Shown here: positions 28,108-37,975 of the stretch, piece after piece
Layout: every line of letters begins with the position of its first letter
Position numbering within the stretch: position 1 is the stretch's first letter
DNA from: an uncultured Mariniplasma sp.
GTDB lineage: Bacteria; Bacillota_I; Bacilli_A; Acholeplasmatales; Acholeplasmataceae
Direction of reading: 5' to 3'
Length of the DNA: 64,000 nt
NCBI GenBank assembly: GCA_964655445.1
Contig: CAZZMZ010000001.1
Coordinates: forward strand, 8,390 to 72,389
Program-made: the position numbers and the translations under genes
The notes under the pieces: generated by a model
Seen by the model: the letters and a program-made list of their open reading frames with translations, nothing else
Told to the model about the DNA's origin: nothing
The model's database searches: none

Positions 28108-28836
28108 TTAACGTACCCCCATGCCAGCATAAATGACCGCAAAGATCATCGCAAGTATCATCGATAGTGGTAAGGCATAATTTCTTAACCACTCCCATTT
28201 AAATTTTTTAAGCATTAAACCAAAGATAACAACCCATAATGCAGATGTTAAAAAGACTAAAATAGCTAGTAAAGAAATAAATGTTTCATCACCTACGGTT
28301 TTAGGTGCTAAAACAAAGCCAACAAATGCGGAAATCATACCGATAAATAAAGCGTCCATCATAATATGATTCCACGACTGATCCTTATCTTTGACTGATT
28401 CAATTTTTTGACTATATTTCTTATAGAAGAATGGAATTATAAGAAGTGGTGGAATACATCCAAAGGTCATCACCCATAATGCGGTTGTTACAACTCTAGG
28501 ATTTAAGATGTCACCAGCCTCAAAGCCGAATTCTCTTAAAACGAGTGTTGCAGTAGGTAATTCATAAGTTAATGCACCTAAAGTTCCTAGTCTCATACCT
28601 GCAATCATAGGTCCGAATATTTTAGCAAGCGTAATAAGACCAATGAGTATTGCAAGAGATGGAGCTATCGTGAAAATAGTAGAAGACAAAATGGTTTGAT
28701 TGATATCCTTTTTTGAAAATCCTAATGTGAAAGCTCTTTTTCTTGCTTTAAGCAAAAAAACGGTCGACTGTATCAAGACATAGGAAAAAATCATACCTAC
28801 GACTAGATAAACCCACCATGCATTTAAATATGCCAT
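28108..28836 (-). CDS. Multi-pass membrane protein, DUF5058-like
   Basis: SSTIFTIAPSLAILIGLITL...MRLGTLGALTYE pattern recalled as DUF5058; GAGGT SD before MAYLN. Confidence 0.65.
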   Translation of the reverse strand: MAYLNAWWVYLVVGMIFSYVLIQSTVFLLKARKRAFTLGFSKKDINQTILSSTIFTIAPSLAILIGLITLAKIFGPMIAGMRLGTLGALTYELPTATLVLREFGFEAGDILNPRVVTTALWVMTFGCIPPLLIIPFFYKKYSQKIESVKDKDQSWNHIMMDALFIGMISAFVGFVLAPKTVGDETFISLLAILVFLTSALWVVIFGLMLKKFKWEWLRNYALPLSMILAMIFAVIYAGMGVR

Positions 28837-28969
28837 TTGTGTATACCTCGATTTCATGCGTTGTTTATTTTATTATAAACGATAAAAAATAAAATCAATG
28901 ATTTTTTTTGAATAATATGTTTCCAAACATATATACATATGATAAAGTGAGATTGAAGGAAGTGATACG

Positions 28970-29803
28970 ATGCAAGAAGCCATCATGAAAAGAAAATCAG
29001 TAAGAACATATGAGAAGAGAAAATTATCAGAACCTGATTTGGAATGCGTAAAAAAGATTCTTGAAAAGACAAATACGATGAAAGGTCCTTTTGGCAATCA
29101 AATGACTTTCTTTTATCATGATCCAAATGGTGATTTTGATGATGAAGGTAAAATGATTGGGACTTATGGATTTATAAAAAACCCACCAGCATTTTTTGGT
29201 GCAGCTACCAAAAATGATATGCACCATTTGATTGATTTCGGTTATCTTTTTGAACGTATCGTTTTAAAACTTACAAAAATTGGTTTAGGTACAGTTTGGC
29301 TTGGAGGTACCTTTCATAGACAAGCTTTGAAGCACTTGCTTTCTGGCATGGACATTATTCCAGCTATTTCACCTGTTGGGTATCCTGAAGATAAAACAAC
29401 TTTTAGAGATAAAGTCATACGATTTTCAATCAAAGCGGATAGAAGAAAAGACTTTAGCGAGATGTACTATTTAGAAGATTTCAAACAGCCACTTATTGAA
29501 ACTCATGAAGAAAAAATACCATATCTTTCGTCACTCATTTTCTTGCAAAAAGCACCCTCAGCATCTAACAAGCAACCCTGGCGAGTATTAATCCAAAAAA
29601 ACGTGATACATTTATACCTTGAAAAAACGCCTAACTATGCGACATCTTTGCCATTTCCAATTCAATATTTAGACATGGGTATTGCTTTATTTCATATTGA
29701 AGAAGGACTTAAATTTGACCAAAAAACATATGAAATGAAGATGACAAATCACCCTCAATATTTAGACTGGATTTATATCTTATCATTTGAAATAAAAGAT
29801 TAA
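28970..29803 (+). CDS. Nitroreductase family protein (two-domain)
   Basis: RKSVRTY, GLGTVWLGG, KAPSASNKQPWR, DMGIALFH. Confidence 0.9.
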   Translation: MQEAIMKRKSVRTYEKRKLSEPDLECVKKILEKTNTMKGPFGNQMTFFYHDPNGDFDDEGKMIGTYGFIKNPPAFFGAATKNDMHHLIDFGYLFERIVLKLTKIGLGTVWLGGTFHRQALKHLLSGMDIIPAISPVGYPEDKTTFRDKVIRFSIKADRRKDFSEMYYLEDFKQPLIETHEEKIPYLSSLIFLQKAPSASNKQPWRVLIQKNVIHLYLEKTPNYATSLPFPIQYLDMGIALFHIEEGLKFDQKTYEMKMTNHPQYLDWIYILSFEIKD

Positions 29804-29841
29804 AAAAAGGTGTTAGCAATTTAGCTAGCACCTTCATCTAT

Positions 29842-31086
29842 TTACTTTTTGACTACTCTGATTTTGTTTAATTTTGCAAATCTAGGAAGTCCATCAATAA
29901 GCTTAGCTTTTGAGTCACCTTGAATCAGCGGTAATGCGTAATCTACAAAGTCTTGAGTCAAGCCTTTTCCATGAGGTAAGATCCACTCTAGTGGTACTTT
30001 TTGTTCTGTATTAGCAGCCTTTAATAATGGAATTAATACATACTTAATCTTATAAGGATTTGAAGAAATTCTCTTGAATCCAACCATCTTATCTGACGTA
30101 CCTCTTACAGCTGCTTGAACTGCTTTTTTACCAGCATTGAATGCTTCTTCAACGTCAACCTTTGACGCTAAATGCGCTGCAGATCTTTGGAGTAATGAAA
30201 ACTCAATGGCACGTACTTTAACATTGGTACGCTTAGAAACTTCTTCAGCTAATACTTGTGCTGTACCACCTAATTGAGCATGACCAAACGCATCTTTCTT
30301 TAAATCTTGGAATAGTTCAGGAATGTATTTTCCTTCATTAGTTTTGATACCTTCAGATACTGCAACAATGACTTTGCCTTTTTCTGCTAATACTTCAGAA
30401 ACTTGCTTAAAGAAATCATCAATATCAAATGCAATTTCTGGTAAATAAATTAAATCTGGACCTTGTCCTTTATAAGAAGCTAATGCAGCAGCTGCAGTGA
30501 GCCATCCAGCATTTCTACCCATTACTTCAACGATGGTTACTTGAGGTGTATCATAGACAGTCGCATCATGATATAACTCCATAAATGTTGTAGCAACATA
30601 TTTTGCAGCACTACCATAGCCTGGTGAGTGATCAGTGACATTTAAGTCATTATCAATCGTCTTTGGAACACCCATGACGTTGCAATCATAACCAGACTTC
30701 TTAAAGAATTTAGAAATCTTGTTACATGTATCCATTGAATCATTACCACCATTGTAGAAGAAGTAACGAATATTATATTTTTTAAATACTTCTAACAATC
30801 TTTCATATTGGCTTGGATCTTTTTTAGGATCCTTTAATTTGAATCTAACAGAACCGATTGCTGATGAAGGTGTATTCTTTAATAAGAATAACTCTTCTAA
30901 GCTTTCTTGCTTAATGTCATAAAACTCTTCGTTTAAGACACCTTTAATGCCATGTACAGCACCATAGACTTCTGTAATATTTTCTTGTTTTAATGCTTCA
31001 ATAAAAACGCCAGCAGCGCTTGAATTAATTACACTCGTTGGGCCACCTGATTGGCCGAGTAGTGCAGCACCTTTTAAATCTTTCAT
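29842..31086 (-). CDS. pfp: Pyrophosphate-dependent 6-phosphofructokinase
   Basis: GQSGGPTSVIN, GGNDS (Asp) and PKTIDND (Lys), the established PPi-specificity residues; MGRNAGW; DAFGHAQLGG. Confidence 0.88.
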   Translation of the reverse strand: MKDLKGAALLGQSGGPTSVINSSAAGVFIEALKQENITEVYGAVHGIKGVLNEEFYDIKQESLEELFLLKNTPSSAIGSVRFKLKDPKKDPSQYERLLEVFKKYNIRYFFYNGGNDSMDTCNKISKFFKKSGYDCNVMGVPKTIDNDLNVTDHSPGYGSAAKYVATTFMELYHDATVYDTPQVTIVEVMGRNAGWLTAAAALASYKGQGPDLIYLPEIAFDIDDFFKQVSEVLAEKGKVIVAVSEGIKTNEGKYIPELFQDLKKDAFGHAQLGGTAQVLAEEVSKRTNVKVRAIEFSLLQRSAAHLASKVDVEEAFNAGKKAVQAAVRGTSDKMVGFKRISSNPYKIKYVLIPLLKAANTEQKVPLEWILPHGKGLTQDFVDYALPLIQGDSKAKLIDGLPRFAKLNKIRVVKK

Positions 31087-31165
31087 AGTATCACCATTTC
31101 TCTAATATTTTTTATTTCATAGCACATTTTACCATAAAGCGATTTGATTGGCCACAAAATGTGTC

Positions 31166-31179
31166 TTAAAACGATTTCA
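31166..31179. promoter_or_regulatory. cre-like (CcpA/LacI-family) site between divergent pfp and pfkA
   Basis: Reverse complement TGAAATCGTTTTAA, one mismatch to TGWNANCGNTNWCA. Confidence 0.4.
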
Positions 31180-31277
31180 TAATTTACCAAAATGATAAAT
31201 CATAAGATTTAAATTAGCATGTAAGTGTGTTATAATATGTGTGCAGTACGTTTTTTTATGTAAGGGGATCATATAAT

Positions 31278-32228
31278 ATGAAAATTGGCGTTTTAACATC
31301 GGGTGGTGATGCGCCTGGCATGAATGCTGCAATTCGTGCAGTTGTCAGAGCTGGAGAAGCACACGGACATGAAGTATATGGCATCAAAGATGGTTATGCT
31401 GGCTTAATCAATGATGATATGGTTTTACTCAATCACCAATCTGTTTCAGGAATCTTAAGTCAAGGTGGTACGTTTCTTGGCACTTCAAGAGCTCCTGAAT
31501 TTTTAAAGGAAGAAGTAAGACTTAAAGCAGTAGAAAATCTAAAAAATCGCGGCATTGAAGCTGTTGTAGCTATTGGCGGTGACGGTACATATCGTGGTGC
31601 AATGGATTTATCTAAATTAGGCATTAAAACGATTGGTTTACCTGGCACAATTGATAATGATATCGCAGGTACCGATTTTACTATCGGATTTCATACAGCA
31701 GTTGAAACGATTGTTGATGCGATTGATAAGCTTAGAGATACATCCACATCACATAGAAGATGTTCTATCGTTGAGGTGATGGGTAGACATTGTGGCGATT
31801 TAGCTTTATTTGCAGGTATTTGTGGTGGTGCTGAATTCATCATTACACCAGAAAACCCAATTAATAAGGATAAAATCATCTCAAGACTAAAAAAACATGT
31901 GACCGAAGGTAGAAGACACGCAATTATCGTTGTGACTGAAAACCAAATGGATGTACACGAATTTGCTAAAGAAGTCACTGAAAAATCGGGATTTGCATCA
32001 AGAGCTACTGTGCTCGGATATATTCAAAGAGGTGGACAGCCTTGTCCAGAAGATCGTATCTTAGCCTCTCGCATGGGTAATTATGCAGTAGAATTACTTA
32101 ATGATGACATTTATGGTGTATGTGTAGGCGTTAGAGATAACCGTATGATTCATGTACCATTTGTGAATGTTGTTGGTCAGTCAAGACCTAAAAACGAATT
32201 ATATAACTTGGTTAAAAAAGTTTCATAG
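31278..32228 (+). CDS. pfkA: ATP-dependent 6-phosphofructokinase
   Basis: LTSGGDAPGMNAA, GGDGT (Gly), PGTIDND, MGRHCG, LGYIQRGG; extended -10 TGTTATAAT at 31228-31236. Confidence 0.96.
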   Translation: MKIGVLTSGGDAPGMNAAIRAVVRAGEAHGHEVYGIKDGYAGLINDDMVLLNHQSVSGILSQGGTFLGTSRAPEFLKEEVRLKAVENLKNRGIEAVVAIGGDGTYRGAMDLSKLGIKTIGLPGTIDNDIAGTDFTIGFHTAVETIVDAIDKLRDTSTSHRRCSIVEVMGRHCGDLALFAGICGGAEFIITPENPINKDKIISRLKKHVTEGRRHAIIVVTENQMDVHEFAKEVTEKSGFASRATVLGYIQRGGQPCPEDRILASRMGNYAVELLNDDIYGVCVGVRDNRMIHVPFVNVVGQSRPKNELYNLVKKVS

Positions 32229-32268
32229 AAACTGTTTATTAATAAAAAAATTCATATAAAGAAAGGAA

Positions 32269-34902
32269 ATGAATATGACGAAGTACGTATATTTATTCAA
32301 AGAAGGTAATGCTTCAATGAAAAACCTACTTGGTGGTAAAGGTGCAAACTTAGCTGAAATGACTTCACTAGGCATTGCTGTTCCACAAGGGTTTACTGTG
32401 ACAACAGAAGCATGTAATGATTATTACGCAAATAAAAAGGTGATTAGACAAGAAATCATCGACCAAATTTTCACTGCTTTGGAAGCAACTGAAAAAGAAT
32501 ATGGTAAGAAGTTTGGAGATGCAAATGACCCATTCTTAGTATCAGTTCGTTCAGGAGCAAGAGCATCTATGCCAGGGATGATGGATACAATCCTTAACTT
32601 AGGTTTAAACAATGTATCTGTTGAAGGCTTAGCAAAACTAACAAACAACCCAAGATTTGCATACGATTCATATCGCCGTTTCATTCAAATGTTCTCTGAC
32701 GTTGTAATGGAAATCGATAAAGAAAACTATGAACATCTTTTAGAAGAAATGAAGCATCAAAAAGGTGTTGAGTTAGATACTGACTTAACAGCTGATGATA
32801 TGAAGAAACTTGCTTTACAGTTTTTAGATAAATACGCAGAACTCAAAGGCGAACCATTCCCACAAGATCCAAAAGAACAATTAATTGGCGCAGTGACTGC
32901 CGTGTTTAGATCATGGGATAACCCAAGAGCAAACACATATCGTCGTTTAAACCACATTCCTTACGAATGGGGAACAGCAGTTAACGTTCAAGGTATGGTA
33001 TTTGGTAACATGGGTGATGATTCAGGTACAGGTGTTGCGTTTTCTAGAAACCCATCAGATGGTACCAATGAATTATATGGTGAATACTTATTTAATGCAC
33101 AAGGTGAAGACGTTGTTGCCGGTATTCGTACACCAAAACCAATTTCTGAGTTAAAGAAAGACAATCCTGCTTTATATGAAGAATTCTTTAATATTTCTAA
33201 AAAATTAGAAGCACATTATCGTGATATGCAAGATATGGAATTTACGATCGAAAGAGGTAAATTATACATGCTTCAAACACGTAATGGTAAAAGAACTGCT
33301 CAAGCTGCCTTAAAGGTTGCTATTGACTTAGTCAATGAAGGCGTCTTAACTGAAAAAGAAGCGGTTTTAAAGGTTGAACCTGCACAGTTAGATGCACTCC
33401 TTCACCCACAATTTAACCCAGAAGCTTTAAAGAATGCACGTGTCATTACAACTGGTTTAAATGCATCTCCTGGTGCTGCAACTGGTCGTGTAGCATTTAC
33501 TGCAGAACGTGCAAAAGAAATGAAAGCTAAAGATGGTCTACCTGTTATTTTAGTACGTTTAGAAACATCTCCAGAAGACATCGAAGGTATGATTGTTTCA
33601 TCAGGTATTTTAACCGCTCGTGGTGGTATGACATCACATGCTGCCGTTGTCGCACGTGGTATGGGTACATGCTGTGTTGCTGGTGCTGGTGAAGTGCGTG
33701 TCTTTGAATCTAAAAAATATTTCGAAATTAAAGGTGAAAGATTTAATGAAGGCGATTGGATTTCATTAGATGGTTCAACTGGTAAAGTTTACGGTCAAAA
33801 AGTAGAGACACAAGATGCAACAGTATCTGGTGATTTCGCAACACTCATGGCTTGGGCTGACAAATTCCGTGCTTTAAAGATTCGTACCAATGCAGATAAT
33901 CCAAGAGACGCTAAAGTCGCTTATGAATATGGTGCAGAAGGTATTGGTTTATGCCGTACAGAACATATGTTCTTTGAAGCGGATCGTATTCCTGCAGTTC
34001 GTGAAATGATCGTTGCTAAGAATAAGGCTGAAAGAGAAAAGGCGTTAGCGAAATTATTACCAATGCAAAGAGAAGACTTTGTTGGCTTATATAAAGAAAT
34101 GAAAGGTTACGCCGTAACCATTCGTTACTTAGATCCACCACTACATGAATTCGTACCTACACATGAATCAGACATCCGTGCTTTAGCAAAAGAAATGGGC
34201 TTATCTTATGAAGAACTCAATGGAACGATTGAATCACTTCATGAAACAAACCCAATGTTAGGTCACCGTGGTGTACGTTTATCAGTAACTTATCCAGAAA
34301 TTGCTGAAATGCAAACAAGAGCAGTGATTGAAGCTGCAATCATCGTGAATAAAGAAGGTATGAATGTTGTACCTGAAATCATGATTCCACTTGTTGGCGA
34401 AATTAAAGAGTTAAAATACATTAAAGATATCGTTGTAGAAACTGCTGAAAAAGTGATTAAAGAAGCTGGCGTTGAACTCAAGTACTTAGTAGGTACAATG
34501 ATTGAAATCCCAAGAGCTGCAATCACTGCAGATGAAATTGCTAAAGAAGCAGAATTCTTCAGCTTTGGCACAAACGACTTAACACAAATGACATTTGGTT
34601 TCTCAAGAGATGACGCTGGTAAATTCTTAGGCGATTACTATGAGAAGAAGATTTTCGCAAATGATCCATTTGCACATATCGACCAAATTGGTGTTGGTAA
34701 ATTGATGGAAATGGCTGTTAAACTCGGTCAACAAACAAGACCTGACATTAAATTAGGTATTTGTGGAGAACACGGTGGCGATCCACTTTCAGTGGAATTC
34801 TGCCATAACATTGGTTTAACTTATGTTTCATGTTCACCATTCCGTGTACCAATCGCAAGATTAGCTGCTGCACACGCAAATATTAAAAACCCAAGAAAGT
34901 AA
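32269..34902 (+). CDS. ppdK: Pyruvate, phosphate dikinase
   Basis: LLGGKGANLAEM, SVRSGARASMPGMMDT, GGMTSHAAVVARG (phospho-His), GLCRTEHMF, FSFGTNDLTQ, GICGEHGG. Confidence 0.97.
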   Translation: MNMTKYVYLFKEGNASMKNLLGGKGANLAEMTSLGIAVPQGFTVTTEACNDYYANKKVIRQEIIDQIFTALEATEKEYGKKFGDANDPFLVSVRSGARASMPGMMDTILNLGLNNVSVEGLAKLTNNPRFAYDSYRRFIQMFSDVVMEIDKENYEHLLEEMKHQKGVELDTDLTADDMKKLALQFLDKYAELKGEPFPQDPKEQLIGAVTAVFRSWDNPRANTYRRLNHIPYEWGTAVNVQGMVFGNMGDDSGTGVAFSRNPSDGTNELYGEYLFNAQGEDVVAGIRTPKPISELKKDNPALYEEFFNISKKLEAHYRDMQDMEFTIERGKLYMLQTRNGKRTAQAALKVAIDLVNEGVLTEKEAVLKVEPAQLDALLHPQFNPEALKNARVITTGLNASPGAATGRVAFTAERAKEMKAKDGLPVILVRLETSPEDIEGMIVSSGILTARGGMTSHAAVVARGMGTCCVAGAGEVRVFESKKYFEIKGERFNEGDWISLDGSTGKVYGQKVETQDATVSGDFATLMAWADKFRALKIRTNADNPRDAKVAYEYGAEGIGLCRTEHMFFEADRIPAVREMIVAKNKAEREKALAKLLPMQREDFVGLYKEMKGYAVTIRYLDPPLHEFVPTHESDIRALAKEMGLSYEELNGTIESLHETNPMLGHRGVRLSVTYPEIAEMQTRAVIEAAIIVNKEGMNVVPEIMIPLVGEIKELKYIKDIVVETAEKVIKEAGVELKYLVGTMIEIPRAAITADEIAKEAEFFSFGTNDLTQMTFGFSRDDAGKFLGDYYEKKIFANDPFAHIDQIGVGKLMEMAVKLGQQTRPDIKLGICGEHGGDPLSVEFCHNIGLTYVSCSPFRVPIARLAAAHANIKNPRK

Positions 34903-34910
34903 AAGTTTCT

Positions 34911-34943
34911 AAAGAAGGCATTTGAAAAATGTCTTCTTTTTTT
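34911..34943 (+). terminator. Intrinsic terminator after ppdK
   Basis: AAAGAAGGCATTT-gaa-AAATGTCTTCTTT plus T run. Confidence 0.75.
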
Positions 34944-35078
34944 ATGTTTTATGGTAATATAAAATAAAGTTCAATCATTGGGTGGGAACATGATTAAATC
35001 ACATTTTTATGCTTGTTTTTTAAAACTAATATGTTTAAATCCTATCATGTCTCTTAATCAATATCCTGGGGAGGGCAT

Positions 35079-36353
35079 ATGAGAAGAAAACCTATTTATA
35101 TCTTAGGCGCTGTAATTATCTTGATTTCTAGTATGATTTATGGGTGTGTTCATTTTATGAGAGGAGAAAGAGAAAAACTTCTTGAAGAGCCAGCTATTGT
35201 AGGTGTGTCAACTGGATACTTGTTGTCATGGAAAAGTGTTGAACATGCAGATATCTATTATGTATATGTTGATGATGAACTTGTATCAGAACAAACCGAA
35301 AACACCTACATTTTAGAAGACATCAATCCTTTAGAGGGTTACTTACTAAAGGTTGAAGCTGTTGATTTAGATAACGATTATGAATCTAATGAATCATTGA
35401 TGTTTTTTTCTCCGTTTGCTCAAACAACCTTAAATGATTTAGTGTCAGTAGATGATGACATCTTTTATTTGGGGTATGAACAAACTCATTATGCAAACCT
35501 ATATGGATTAGCTAAATTTAGATTTGAATCTATGGTTAGTACGGGTTACATCGTGAATATTAATGTAGATGACATAGTCTATGAGGAGCCAATCATCGTA
35601 AAATCGAATAATGAAAATAGACTGATACCATTTAATCCTTTAAAACAAGGCTACACGATGCCTTTAGATGCTTTTAGCACATCTATCTTTTATTTATTTA
35701 CGTTTGAGCCAGGACAAAAAATTGATATAAAGATTGAGTATTTGGATTTACTGGATCTTTCTATGAATCATGAAATCATTGTTGGACCCAATCAAACACT
35801 TCAATTTCCAATTATTGAGCCATCTGATCAATATCTTTTAGGCATTGAAAATGCATCAGATGATATCAAAACTACACTATTTCATACGATTTATAGACAA
35901 GAAGACATTGAGTCAATAGATCATCTTATCTTTAAATCAGCAGTCAAAACAAAGATGCAAATGATTAAAATTGAGAATAAATCAGATATCACTCAAACAT
36001 TACTTATCACACCCTTTATGTATGAAGATGTAACAGATCAAGAATCAATCAATATCAATGAAAGCCAAGATGAAAAATTCATTCTATTGACTGGTTTTGA
36101 ACCATTTGGTTTTATTTTTAATTTGGATTTTCAAAAACTTAAAACTGATTTTGATGTTGATATTTACATCGTTAATAGATTGAATGGTCTTATTAGAATA
36201 GATCAAGAGATAGAAAACATAGAGCATCATCTTTATCGATTGAGATTACCACTAGAAACATATCAAGATGTTGCTATATTGATTGTAATTAAAAATCAAA
36301 TAGTTCTTGATGACTCTATGGAGCCATCTCAATTTAGAGGTTACATCGCTTAA
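35079..36353 (+). CDS. Membrane-anchored/secreted hypothetical protein with FN3-like N-terminal domain
   Basis: MRRK plus hydrophobic helix; LSWKSVEHADIYYVYVD...LKVEAV resembles FN3. Confidence 0.65.
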   Translation: MRRKPIYILGAVIILISSMIYGCVHFMRGEREKLLEEPAIVGVSTGYLLSWKSVEHADIYYVYVDDELVSEQTENTYILEDINPLEGYLLKVEAVDLDNDYESNESLMFFSPFAQTTLNDLVSVDDDIFYLGYEQTHYANLYGLAKFRFESMVSTGYIVNINVDDIVYEEPIIVKSNNENRLIPFNPLKQGYTMPLDAFSTSIFYLFTFEPGQKIDIKIEYLDLLDLSMNHEIIVGPNQTLQFPIIEPSDQYLLGIENASDDIKTTLFHTIYRQEDIESIDHLIFKSAVKTKMQMIKIENKSDITQTLLITPFMYEDVTDQESININESQDEKFILLTGFEPFGFIFNLDFQKLKTDFDVDIYIVNRLNGLIRIDQEIENIEHHLYRLRLPLETYQDVAILIVIKNQIVLDDSMEPSQFRGYIA

Positions 36354-36361
36354 ACATATAT

Positions 36362-36393
36362 GCCACAAAACGTAAAGGTTTTGTGGTTTTTTT
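36362..36393 (+). terminator. Intrinsic terminator
   Basis: GCCACAAAAC...GTTTTGTGGT plus T run. Confidence 0.75.
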
Positions 36394-36414
36394 GAAAATA
36401 AATACAAACTTATT

Positions 36415-36428
36415 TGATAACGTTTTCA
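36415..36428. promoter_or_regulatory. cre site (CcpA/LacI-family operator) upstream of pyk promoter
   Basis: TGATAACGTTTTCA is a full match to TGWNANCGNTNWCA; extended -10 TGATAAAAT at 36460-36468. Confidence 0.6.
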
Positions 36429-36509
36429 TTTGCTGACATATTACATTGACTTTTATCTATGATAAAATATACAAGGGAAATTAAGGCATCACGCTAGGAG
36501 TTATATTAA

Positions 36510-37865
36510 ATGCGTAAAACAAAACTTGTTGGAACTGTTGGTCCTGTATCAGAAGATAAAGCCATTTTAAGACAGCTTATTCAAGCTGGATTAAATGTTG
36601 TAAGAAATAACTACTCACATGGCGATCATAATGAACATATCAATCGTTTTAAAACTGTTCATGAATTAAATAAAGAATTAGGCACATATGTTGGTACTTT
36701 AATGGACACCAAAGGCCCTGAAATTCGAACACATAATTTTAAAGATGGCAGTGTTTATATTAAGCAAGGCCAACAAATCAATATATCAATGACTGAAGTT
36801 TTAGGCACAGAAGAGAGATTCTCTATTACTTATCCCAATCTATTTGATGACATTGAAATTGGAAGAACCATCCTGATTGATGATGGTTATTTAGCATTAT
36901 TGGTCATCGAAAAAGACAGTGAACAAAGAGAACTCATTACCATTGCAAAAAATAGCCACCTTGTTAAAAATAAACGTGGCGTCAATGTGCCTAATACAGT
37001 CTTAAATATGCCGTTTTTATCAGAAAAAGATAAAGAAGATATTATATTCGCATGTGAAAATGATTATGACTATATCGCAGCATCATTCACAAGAAGAGCA
37101 GCTGATATTTTAGAAATCAGAGCGCTTTTAGAAACACAAGAAAAATCATACATTCAAATTATTTCAAAAATAGAAAATCAAGAAGGCTATAATAACATTG
37201 ATGAAATCATCGAAGTATCCGATGGCATCATGGTTGCTCGTGGAGATTTAGGTGTCGAAGTTTTCGCAGAAGACTTACCACATATGCAAAAGGAAATTGT
37301 ACACAAATGTCAACAAAAGGGTAAGCTTGTTATCGTAGCAACCCAAATGTTAGAATCCATGCAACAAAATCCAAGACCAACTAGAGCAGAAGTATCAGAC
37401 GTCGCTAATGCGGTTTATGAAGGAACAGATGCTACCATGTTATCTGGAGAAATGGCGATGGGTAGATACCCATTAGAAGCTGTGACATATATGGCTAAGA
37501 TTCATGAGAAATCAGAAAGTCATGTGGATCACAGTGTTTTCGCACAAAAAGCGTTATCCGAAGGCGATAAACTCTTAGATGCGATTTCTTTTAGTGCCGT
37601 TCAGGCAGCGATGCATTATGAAGTTAAAGCAATCATTGCTTATGGTCATAAAGCATCAGACAATTTATCTAAATACCGTTCGATTGCACCAATTATTGGT
37701 GTCGTTGATAGTTATCATAAAGCAACTTCATTATCCTTACATTATGGTGTTTTTCCTGTCATAGGGACTGATGAACTTGAAAGAAGATTAAGAGAACTAG
37801 GCGTTATGAAAGGCGATCTTATTATGGTCGTTAGAAAATATCAATTAGAACTTATCAACTATTAA
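36510..37865 (+). CDS. pyk: Pyruvate kinase
   Basis: RKTKLVGTVGP, MDTKGPEIR, IISKIEN, GIMVARGDLGVE, ATQMLESM, RPTRAEVSDVANA, MLSGE. Confidence 0.96.
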   Translation: MRKTKLVGTVGPVSEDKAILRQLIQAGLNVVRNNYSHGDHNEHINRFKTVHELNKELGTYVGTLMDTKGPEIRTHNFKDGSVYIKQGQQINISMTEVLGTEERFSITYPNLFDDIEIGRTILIDDGYLALLVIEKDSEQRELITIAKNSHLVKNKRGVNVPNTVLNMPFLSEKDKEDIIFACENDYDYIAASFTRRAADILEIRALLETQEKSYIQIISKIENQEGYNNIDEIIEVSDGIMVARGDLGVEVFAEDLPHMQKEIVHKCQQKGKLVIVATQMLESMQQNPRPTRAEVSDVANAVYEGTDATMLSGEMAMGRYPLEAVTYMAKIHEKSESHVDHSVFAQKALSEGDKLLDAISFSAVQAAMHYEVKAIIAYGHKASDNLSKYRSIAPIIGVVDSYHKATSLSLHYGVFPVIGTDELERRLRELGVMKGDLIMVVRKYQLELINY

Positions 37866-37882
37866 TGATGAATGGCAAGAAA

Positions 37883-37909
37883 GAGCATCATCATTTATGA
37901 TGCTTTTTT
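37883..37909 (+). terminator. Intrinsic terminator after pyk
   Basis: AGCATCAT...ATGATGCT plus T run. Confidence 0.65.
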
Positions 37910-37975
37910 CATGACTTGTAGATATTTCTAGCATTATCAAGTAAAATAGTGTTGGAACTAATTTCGGAGGAACTT

